This document shows, in pieces, positions 9,330-17,277 of a stretch of 64,000 nucleotides of DNA. The position numbers and the translations under genes are program-made. The notes beneath the pieces were generated by a model. It worked only from the letters and a program-made list of their open reading frames with translations, was not told where the DNA came from and ran no database searches. This DNA comes from an uncultured Bacteroidales bacterium (lineage in GTDB: Bacteria; Bacteroidota; Bacteroidia; Bacteroidales; VadinHA17), in the NCBI GenBank assembly GCA_963702415.1, contig CAVPCP010000008.1:199732-263731 (forward strand), given 5' to 3'. How positions within the stretch are numbered: position 1 is the first letter of the stretch; every line of letters starts with the position of its first letter.

Positions 9330-9719
9330 CATAACACGGACAATATGGGTAAGTTGTTTGTCACGGTTTTTGCTTTTGTTTCTGCACCTAAGACAATTTT
9401 GTAATAGTTATTACACCCGGACACGCACATCTGCACGCAATTAAAATCTTGCACCGTGACAAATTTCTGGCTTCGAGATAGGTTGTACCGCGACACTGCG
9501 CCAGTGTCCGCCACCAAATTTGTAACCGGGGACAAATTTGCGGCTCCGATCGAATTTGTACCGCGATCGCGCCAGAACGCAATAAAATTTGTACCATGAC
9601 GGCAAAAACACGTGCCATACCCTCCTTGCACCGTGACAACTTTCTGGCTAAAGTACCAGGATTCTGCCCGGTGCTTGCGTCGGGTAACACAACCTCCCCA
9701 TATTGCCGGGCCGTTAGTG
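9330..9719 (+). repeat. mega-attC-like site 2 (390 bp, subfamily A1)
   Basis: CATAAC-ACGGACAATATGGGTAAGTTG ... CCCCATATTGCCGGGCC-GTTAGTG. Confidence 0.85.
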
Positions 9720-9915
9720 GTAATGCTCGTTGCGGCACAAAGCTTAATGCAAATACGTTATAACATATTTGTGTAGCAAGATCAATCCTAAACACAAGAC
9801 AATCTGTGAATCTCGGCAAGATTGAAATCAACAATACCTGTACCTGGATAGCAACTGATTTTAAAAAGCTTTGTGCCTTTACTAACATTTGTAATTCTAA
9901 AACAGGCACTACCAC

Positions 9916-10315
9916 ACTAACACGGACAGTATAATTAAAAAGCTTGTCACGGTTTTTGCTTTAGCTCCCGGTACCAAGACAAATTCGTAATACGAGCTAA
10001 ACCTGGACACGCGCATCTGCATTCAATCAACATCCTGCACCAGGACATACTTCCGGCTTGGAGACAAATTGTGCCGCGACACTGCGCCAGTGCCCATTTA
10101 CCAGCTTCCTGTAACCGGGATAACTTTTCGGCCACTTATCAAACTTGTACCGCGACACGCGTAAAGTCCATAAAGCTCTGTACCTTGACTGCAAAAACAC
10201 GCGCCATGCTTCACTCATTACGGCCTCATAAGGATTGTCGCCCGATGCCGGGATACTACTCGCGGCCTACATTCGTTCAGCAACGCTTTCTAATTATACT
10301 GCCGGGCCGTTATAT
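9916..10315 (+). repeat. mega-attC-like site 3 (400 bp, alternative right arm)
   Basis: ACTAAC-ACGGAC-AGTATAATTAAAAAGC ... GCTTTCTAATTATACT-GCCGGGCC-GTTATAT. The right arm is shared with site 41. Confidence 0.85.
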
Positions 10316-10754
10316 GTAAGGTTTGCAGCACAATACCGAGATACCTAACGCGCAGGCAAGAGTTTGGCAGTCCGTCCCTGCAACCATACCCGCGCTACCA
10401 AACACATGCTTTTTTGCCAGCGCTGGAATTCAACGAGACAACTCCTGCCCATGTACCGGGACTGATAAACGCCACAAGTCAGAAATAAACACCACTATTG
10501 CTTTTATACAAACTTTATAGCCAATTTGCTTTACAATGATAAGGTGAAGAAATTGGACACAGGGACAATAATTATATATAAAGACCAGCCGCATTTGACT
10601 AGCGAAATAATTATGGCGCTAAGGGTGATTTATTTTAGTTTAACAAAAGAAATTCCGAAATTTGAAATCAGGATTTCTTTATGATTATGAAGACAAAATT
10701 GTTAACCTGGACATGACATGTATATTCGATAGCAATTACATATTTAAAAGCATC

Positions 10755-12065
10755 GTGAAAAAATCAGACTTCTCTTTTAAATCAGAGTTCTCCTTAACCG
10801 TTATCCTCCTTATATTTTTTGCCTGCAGCAAAAAAGACAACCCTGAGTCCTTACCGGTTATTAGGAGTTTTTATCCTACCTTCGGATTAGTCGGATCTTC
10901 TGTGACTATTTATGGCGATCAATTTATCCCTACAGTCCCTCCCGAGAAAGGTGTAGGCCCCTTCACAAATACAAGTATCGTAGCATTCAATGGGACTGTA
11001 GCCGAAGCAGAATACGTATACCAGGACAGTATTGGTAAGCAGTACATCTATCCAGCCAAAGTGCCCGCAGGAGCTACCAGTGGTAAGATCACTGTGACAG
11101 CAAATGGCAAAACGGTATCATCATTGGATGATTTTATAGTTTGTGTTCCAATCTACCTGCCAAATGTAGAAGTCACTTCAGTTCCTGCCTCAGGGGCCTG
11201 GGGGAATGACGTTGCGATCGATAGTGAAGGAAGTTTATATGTTACTCAAGACAACAGAATTGTTAGAATAACTCCGGATGGGAATGCACACACCTTATGG
11301 TCCTCGGTATGGGGTGATATACCATTGGGAATAGTGGTGGATGCAAATAAAAATGTTTTTGCTACAATTTATAGTTCATATATTTTAAAAATTAGTGCAG
11401 ATGGGAAGGCTACCATTCTGGCAGGAAGTGCTGAAAGTGGAGATGTGGATGGTCAGGGGGCCAGTGCCCGGTTTAATTTATCCTATGGCATTGCTGTGGA
11501 CAATGATGGAAATGTTTATGTCGCTGATACATTTAACCACAAAATCCGCAAAATCACCCCTGATGGGACAGTCAGCACATTGGCAGGTAGTACCAGTGGT
11601 TATAAAGATGGCACTGGAACCAAAGCTCAATTTGGGAGTCCCTGGGACGTAGCCACGGACGGGGAAGGAAATGTGTATGTAGCTGATGGAGTTCGTATCC
11701 GAAAAATTACCAGTGACGGCCAGGTAAGTACAGTAGCTGGCAGTACACCAGGCTATCTTGACGGAACAACTGCCAATGCCCGGTTCGGTCAACTAATAGG
11801 TATTGCAATAGATACTGCGGGCAATTTATATGTATGTGATGCAGATAACAATATGTTAACATACCTTGTAGTTCGTAGAATTGCACCTGATGGCACTGTA
11901 GTGACGGTGACTGGAAGTACCGCCGGGCGTACCGCCGGGCAACTCGATGGTCCGGGATCAGTTGCCAAATTTAATAGGGTTACGGGTATTTCGACGATTT
12001 CAAACGGGACCTTTTATATAGCACAATCTGACGACGGACCTATTCGCAAAATTGTAATCCATTAA
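10755..12065 (+). CDS. NHL-repeat beta-propeller lipoprotein with an N-terminal IPT/TIG-like domain
   Basis: Recurrent G.AVD..GN.YVAD..NH.IRKITPDG.VST.AG units. The GTG at 10755 gives VKKSDFSFKSEFSLTVILLIFFAC (lipobox). The track ORF starts at 10662. Confidence 0.8.
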   Translation: MKKSDFSFKSEFSLTVILLIFFACSKKDNPESLPVIRSFYPTFGLVGSSVTIYGDQFIPTVPPEKGVGPFTNTSIVAFNGTVAEAEYVYQDSIGKQYIYPAKVPAGATSGKITVTANGKTVSSLDDFIVCVPIYLPNVEVTSVPASGAWGNDVAIDSEGSLYVTQDNRIVRITPDGNAHTLWSSVWGDIPLGIVVDANKNVFATIYSSYILKISADGKATILAGSAESGDVDGQGASARFNLSYGIAVDNDGNVYVADTFNHKIRKITPDGTVSTLAGSTSGYKDGTGTKAQFGSPWDVATDGEGNVYVADGVRIRKITSDGQVSTVAGSTPGYLDGTTANARFGQLIGIAIDTAGNLYVCDADNNMLTYLVVRRIAPDGTVVTVTGSTAGRTAGQLDGPGSVAKFNRVTGISTISNGTFYIAQSDDGPIRKIVIH

Positions 12066-12217
12066 TCCACCACATCCCGTAAGCCACACAAACAAATGCA
12101 ATTAAAACACCTAAGTTTGCGGGAAGAGGTTTACAGCCCATCCTTGCCTGTTTGACTTTATTACGAACTGGACGAAAGAGTTAAGTACATCTTGACAATT
12201 TTAAAATTAACCCTACA

Positions 12218-12572
12218 TATAACACGGATGGTATGGGTAATTGCCTTCAGCAGCCCGGACAGCCTAGTAATCAGCTCCATAAGTCTATGCGATCAACATT
12301 AAACCAACTTCTAAAAATTTGTATACCGCAACTAATTCTGCTAACGTGACAATGTCAATAGGGCTGCTGGCCGACGCGCCATTGTCATGGTTTTTGCATC
12401 GACATCTGGACAATATTATCATGACGTGACAAATTCGCGCCGTTTATCGGGACTAAGCCATCTGGACAACTTTATCGCGACAGGGAAATCCTGCCCATCT
12501 ATCGGGACTTTGCAAAAACGCATGCCAACCCTGACACAGACGGCAACTACCCATACCACCGGGCCGTTAGCT
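12218..12572 (+). repeat. mega-attC-like site 4 (355 bp, subfamily B)
   Basis: TATAAC-ACGGAT-GGTATGGGTAATTGCC ... GGCAACTACCCATACC-ACCGGGCC-GTTAGCT. Divergent interior. Confidence 0.8.
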
Positions 12573-12723
12573 ATAATTCTCCCCACGATTTTAAATCGTT
12601 AAATTCGCTAGCAAACGATAAAAATTGATACTATGACAATCCCAGAATAAATGATAATTTCGTAACACCTTAATTATTAACAACAATTTTTGCCGTCAGT
12701 CAAGATTAAACACTCACGAATAA

Positions 12724-13068
12724 ATGATTATAATTCTAAAAAATACTTTTTTTGTTCTTCTTTTAATCATTTGTATTCCAATAAATGGTCAAAATCGAAC
12801 ATATCAATTCAGATATAAAATTGATTCACTTTCGAAGCTAAAATTCAACTCTAAAATCGATACAAATACTAAAAAACTTGAAAAGCCACCACTTATTATA
12901 ATTGATGGTATTATAGTGGATTATAATGATTTGACAAGGTTTGACTCTATAAAAATAAAATCAATAAAGACAATTCTCGATAACGAAAAATCTCCATTAT
13001 ATGAAAAACAAACATATAAAGGGATGATCTTGATTGAAACAGGACTTAAAAAAAAGAAAAAACTATAG
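12724..13068 (+). CDS. small secreted protein with a TonB-receptor-plug-like C-terminal motif
   Basis: Signal peptide. PPLIIIDGIIVDYNDL...IKSIKTILD...YKGMILIETG resembles the plug motif PLyvVDG...Iesi..LKd...GVI.ItT. The stop TAG overlaps the R'' box. Confidence 0.55.
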   Translation: MIIILKNTFFVLLLIICIPINGQNRTYQFRYKIDSLSKLKFNSKIDTNTKKLEKPPLIIIDGIIVDYNDLTRFDSIKIKSIKTILDNEKSPLYEKQTYKGMILIETGLKKKKKL

Positions 13069-13456
13069 CTAACACGGACAATATGGGTAAGTTGTTTGTC
13101 ACACTTTTTGCTTTTGCTCCTGCACCTAGGACAGATTTGTAATGGCCATTGCACCCGGACACGCGCATCTGCCCGCAATTAAAAGCCTGTATCATGACAG
13201 ATTTCTGGCTCCGAGACAAATTGTACCGCGACACTGCGCCAGTGCCCGCCACAAACTTTGTAACCGGGGACAGATTCGTGGCTCCGATCATACTTGTACC
13301 GCGACACGAATAATGCTCAGAAAAATTTGTACCCGGACGGCAAAAAGTGCGCCATACCCTCCTTGCACCGTGACAGTTTTCTGGCTAAAGTACCAGGATT
13401 CTGCCCGGTGCTTGCGTCGGGTAACACAACCTCCCCATATTGCCGGGCCGTTATGG
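13068..13456 (+). repeat. mega-attC-like site 5 (389 bp, A1; reference copy used in the findings)
   Basis: GCTAAC-ACGGAC-AATATGGG-TAAGTTGT ... ACAACCTC-CCCATATT-GCCGGGCC-GTTATGG. Confidence 0.9.
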
Positions 13457-13610
13457 GCAATTGCGCTGATAACATGACAGTTACCTGATAAATTTAACAA
13501 GACAATTTGATGATAAATATTCTGCTTGATTTTTATTCAGCGCAACTAGCCTATAACGGATCTGTTTTAACTAAAAATAATATCTTAGTCTAACCATAAA
13601 AATAGGATTA

Positions 13611-14252
13611 ATGGACTATCTAAAATGCACCAATTGCGGACACTTTAATGAAGTAAAGACTGAGTACTTGACTTTTTGTAAGAACTGTAATAAAGTTTTA
13701 AAGAATAATTTCTCCGACTGGAAAAAAGCCAATCCCAATAAGTCATTCGATGACTTTAAGCAACTATTATGTACTACAAATACAAGTGAAAAATCAAATG
13801 AAAATTCAAAAACAAAAAAATCAAGGGGATTAAAATACTGGGTTGGATTCACCATTGCTTTTGCGCTCTTTTATGTAATTGGACAATTTGGTGGTGATAA
13901 GATCACTTCATATTTCAGAAAGCCATCTATCGATAAAAATCTAATGGAAATAGCTAGTGAGTTAAATAAAACCTGTCCGGTTATGGTGGATAGTCTGACT
14001 CGACTTGATAACACAGTTGCTTTGCCTAATAAAGTATTTCAATATAACTATTCTCTAATCCCAGCGACCAAGGGATCTATTGATTTTGAAGGTCTTAAAG
14101 CCTACCTTACACCCAGAATATTAAATGATGTAAAAACAAATCCTGGCATGAAGTATGTCCGTGACAAAAAAGTTACTGTCAATTATAGTTACAAAGACAT
14201 GAATGGAGAATTCTTATTCCTGATTTCAGTAAAACCAGAAGACTATCAATAA
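13611..14252 (+). CDS. zinc-ribbon / single-TM protein, unknown function (copy 1 of 2)
   Basis: CTNCGH...CKNCNK zinc ribbon and one TM helix. The protein is identical to 25499-26140. Confidence 0.7.
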   Translation: MDYLKCTNCGHFNEVKTEYLTFCKNCNKVLKNNFSDWKKANPNKSFDDFKQLLCTTNTSEKSNENSKTKKSRGLKYWVGFTIAFALFYVIGQFGGDKITSYFRKPSIDKNLMEIASELNKTCPVMVDSLTRLDNTVALPNKVFQYNYSLIPATKGSIDFEGLKAYLTPRILNDVKTNPGMKYVRDKKVTVNYSYKDMNGEFLFLISVKPEDYQ

Positions 14253-14299
14253 TAGTAACATTCACAACCTTACAGTTCAAAAAAAAATAAACAACAGCC

Positions 14300-14692
14300 C
14301 ATAACACGGACGGTATAATTAATAAGCTCGTCACAGTTTTTGCTTTTGTTTCTGCACCCAAGACAGATTCGTAATGGCCTCTAAACCCGGATACGCTCAT
14401 CTGGACTTTATTTAAATCCTGTACCACGACAAATTACTGGCTTCGAGACACATTGTACCGCGACACTGCGCCATTACCCATTTACCAACTTTCTGCAAAC
14501 GAGACTAATTTCCGGCCACTTAGCTGGCTTTGTACCGCGACACGCGTAATGCTAAAGTTAAATTGTACCTGGATGGCAAAAACTGCGCCGTACTCTCCTC
14601 GCACCGTGACAGTCTTCTACCTAAAGTACCAGGACTCTGGTCGGATGCTTTGTCGAGTAACGCTTACTAATTATACCGCCGGGCCGTTGTGC
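14300..14692 (+). repeat. mega-attC-like site 6 (393 bp, A4)
   Basis: CATAAC-ACGGAC-GGTATAATTAATAAGC ... GCTTACTAATTATACC-GCCGGGCC-GTTGTGC. Copy of site 16. Confidence 0.85.
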
Positions 14693-14712
14693 ATAATTAT
14701 TAAAAGAACAAC

Positions 14713-15306
14713 ATGACCAATAAAATTACTCCGACTTTTATTATTTCCTTGACTATTTTCTTATTGTTTGGTTGTAATTCAAAACCGATTAGTAGGGAGA
14801 CAAAAATTATCTGGCCAGACTCTATTACAAATTCATTAATCAGGTATGTAATAAATTCAAATCATAACCAAGATTGCCTATTATATTCAGACAAGGCTCC
14901 CTTGTGGTTTAGTGACTCAAACCTTGACAGATTTATTAATGATAAGACTGGATTTACTTTTCTTGACTCGTCAGTTGTTCGAAAACAACTTGATTTTAAT
15001 AAGAAATTTGAATTTCAAATAGATACATTAAATTTCCCGAAAATTCAATTTATATCCTATGACACATTAGTGAGCTGGGGTTTTGGGACAATGGATACGC
15101 CTCAATTTTGGGAAAAATATAGACAAAGGATTCACAGATGTTTTTGTATGATCTTTTGTCCAATTTATAACGACAATAAGACTTTTGCAGTTATTCAATT
15201 TTCGCATTTATGTGGGGGTGATTGGATTGAATGGTATGAAATACTCTACAAAAGAAAAGGGACTACTTGGCAAATGGTAGATACATTATCTCAAGGTGGT
15301 TCGTAA
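14713..15306 (+). CDS. lipoprotein, unknown function
   Basis: The signal ends in the lipobox LLFGC. Occupies a whole cassette. Confidence 0.6.
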   Translation: MTNKITPTFIISLTIFLLFGCNSKPISRETKIIWPDSITNSLIRYVINSNHNQDCLLYSDKAPLWFSDSNLDRFINDKTGFTFLDSSVVRKQLDFNKKFEFQIDTLNFPKIQFISYDTLVSWGFGTMDTPQFWEKYRQRIHRCFCMIFCPIYNDNKTFAVIQFSHLCGGDWIEWYEILYKRKGTTWQMVDTLSQGGS

Positions 15307-15317
15307 ATAATAACTAT

Positions 15318-15612
15318 GCACAACAGCGGGTATGTGTAATTGCCTGCGTCAGGCCTTGACAAGTTGGTAATTATCCCAACATCTCACGAGCTGCATTTCA
15401 ACAATTTAGCTAGGTTATCTACCTGGACAACTTACTGCCACCAAGACAGGATCATAGGCCTGCCGGCCAGCGCGCATGCTTCCATGGTTTTTTGCCGCTG
15501 CCCTTTAGCAACTTTATCGTGACAAGACAATTTCTGCCCTTTACCTGGATTTGGCAAAAAACCATTCCAGCGCTAAACAGACGGCAACTACACATACCCG
15601 CAACCGTTATAC
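15318..15612 (+). repeat. mega-attC-like site 7 (295 bp, subfamily B, divergent core)
   Basis: GCACAAC-AGC-GGGTATGTGTAATTGCC ... GGCAACTACACATACCC-GCAACC-GTTATAC. Confidence 0.7.
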
Positions 15613-15659
15613 GTAATTAACAACAAAACTGATAGTTGCGTTTTCAATTATAGTTTCAG

Positions 15660-15905
15660 GTGAGTTCGAAATCTATACTTAGAAAGATTCCTTTAAATTT
15701 TGAGAGAACCTTTATCTCAAATAGTTCTGCAGCCTTAGCCAGATCTCATCGTCTAATGCGAATTGAACATGAAAAGGAGATGGTCTTTATGTGCATTTGC
15801 TCTCAAATTCATCTGGACGATTTCCGAAAATCCCGATCTGAAAAACAGAGAGGGGATCGCAGGCAAAAAAGAGAAAAGACTAATGTGACTAAATATTCCA
15901 ATTGA
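15660..15905 (+). CDS. hypothetical small basic protein (copy 1 of 2)
   Basis: Only ORF in this cassette. The paralog at 43400-43645 differs by two conservative and two synonymous changes, which suggests coding constraint. Confidence 0.4.
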   Translation: MSSKSILRKIPLNFERTFISNSSAALARSHRLMRIEHEKEMVFMCICSQIHLDDFRKSRSEKQRGDRRQKREKTNVTKYSN

Positions 15906-16091
15906 TATTATTGACTGTATAAAATATCAGAGCGAGACCAGCTCGTTAAAAACGGACTACTGCTTCATATAAATTGTTATTACCCTAATTCATCCCGAAG
16001 CATTAAATTCAGGGGATAACTTTGTTTTGCTGTGATAGCAGGACCTATTCCATAAGATCTCTACCCTGTAGAAAGAAACAAAAAAACTACG

Positions 16092-16409
16092 TATAACACG
16101 GACGGTATAATTAATAAGCTTGTCATGGTTTTTGCTTTTGGCATCAGCTTTAAAGAGAGGAGTAGGGTAGGAGACAAATCCGGATCGCACCATTACCGTT
16201 AATAAAATAACAATACCGGGATAGCATCCCGACCACTTAGAAGCCTTGTACCGCGACACTCGTAAAGTCGATAAAGCTCGGTACCATGACTGTAAAAACA
16301 CATGCCATACTCTCCTCGCACCGGGACAAATTTCTGTCTAAAGTACCAGGACTCTGCTCGGTTGCTTCGTCGAGTAACGCTTACTAATTATACCGCCGGG
16401 CCGTTAGCA
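16092..16409 (+). repeat. mega-attC-like site 8 (318 bp)
   Basis: TATAAC-ACGGAC-GGTATAATTAATAAGC ... GCTTACTAATTATACC-GCCGGGCC-GTTAGCA. Copy of site 32. Confidence 0.85.
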
Positions 16410-16551
16410 TTCAGGCCTAGTGCGCGCACATTAAGACAATTTCCAAATGACATGATGATTCTGCTACAAAAACAAATGGCCCGAAATGCTAACAGAAAAG
16501 CATCAAAATTTATGGATTTGAGCAGACGGACTGAATATATTTGGTAGAGTT

Positions 16552-17277
16552 ATGGAAGGAGACTTTAAATCATATTTGCCTTACATAAAGTGGATTCCTC
16601 TTTTAATATTTCTAGTTCTATGTTTCCTTACCATATTTAGAAAAATACGTGACAAAAGGTTAATAGAAACTGTTACAAACCTGTATAGAGGAACAAGATC
16701 AGAAAGAGAATTAGTATTAAAACTTTTAAAGCACGGAATACCAGCACATACGATCTTTCATGACTTATATGTAAAAAAGACTGGCAGTGGATTTTCACAG
16801 ATTGATTTAGTAGTTGCCACAAAGGTGGGGATAATAGTCTTTGAAGTAAAAGATTACAGTGGTTGGATTTTTGGAAATGGGCAACATAGAGAATGGACTC
16901 AGGTATTAGCATATGGAAAGGAATATTATCACTTCTATAATCCAATCATGCAAAACAATAAACATATAGCAGAATTAAAAAAAAAACTTAAGCAATTTGA
17001 GAATATCCCTTTCTATTCAATAATTGTGTTCTTTGGCAATTGTGTTTTGAATGATATAAATTTTGTCCCTCGCAAGACATATATAGTAAAGTCAGATAGT
17101 GTTTTAGAAGTTGTTGACATCATATTGATCAACAATGAATTAGCTCCTTTCACTGACAAATTTGAAGTAGTCAAGATACTCTCTGAAGCCGTCCAAAATG
17201 GTAAAAATAAAGCCATACAAACTCAGCATATAGAAAATATTGAGCAAATGTTGGGCAAGCATAAAATATATAATTAA
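16552..17277 (+). CDS. NERD (nuclease-related domain) protein with an N-terminal TM helix
   Basis: RGTRSERELVLKLL...FHDLYV....FSQIDLVVATKVGIIVFEVKDYSGWIFG....W.....YHFYNPIMQNNKH matches the NERD pattern. Confidence 0.8.
   Translation: MEGDFKSYLPYIKWIPLLIFLVLCFLTIFRKIRDKRLIETVTNLYRGTRSERELVLKLLKHGIPAHTIFHDLYVKKTGSGFSQIDLVVATKVGIIVFEVKDYSGWIFGNGQHREWTQVLAYGKEYYHFYNPIMQNNKHIAELKKKLKQFENIPFYSIIVFFGNCVLNDINFVPRKTYIVKSDSVLEVVDIILINNELAPFTDKFEVVKILSEAVQNGKNKAIQTQHIENIEQMLGKHKIYN

Noticed and set aside
9299-10520. The ORF track lists many 60-175 aa ORFs on both strands inside the repeats. Examples are 9299-9631(-), 9388-9915(-), 13142-13477(+), 35627-36076(-), 53228-53518(-), and the recurring ...NGPAIWGGCVTRR... 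and ...PSLHRDSFLAKVPG... translations.
   Set aside because: They lie entirely in the repeat family and occur in overlapping frames on both strands. Between copies they are broken by indels that are not multiples of three, such as the 16-35 nt hairpin inserts and the module deletions. The conservation pattern is compensatory base pairing, not codon-like. I treat them as noncoding.
13096-13140. Bacteroidota-type promoter elements (TTTG at -33, TAnnTTTG at -7) in the TTTTTGCTTTTGC...ATTTGTAAT part of the sites.
   Set aside because: TTTG motifs are present, but the -7 element is never a clean TAnnTTTG and the spacing is uncertain. This cannot be supported without transcription-start data.
13068-13456. 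The repeat as a MITE with TAAC...GTTA inverted termini that inserted into pre-existing gene-specific hairpins.
   Set aside because: The cassette-specific flanks are complementary across the cassette: the R' flank of site n-1 pairs with the R'' flank of site n. They are not complementary across the repeat, which is what insertion into a hairpin would give. All copies share one orientation with the genes. Duplicated units break exactly at GTTA. A MITE origin for the interior cannot be fully excluded, given that sites 9 and 12 have identical interiors.
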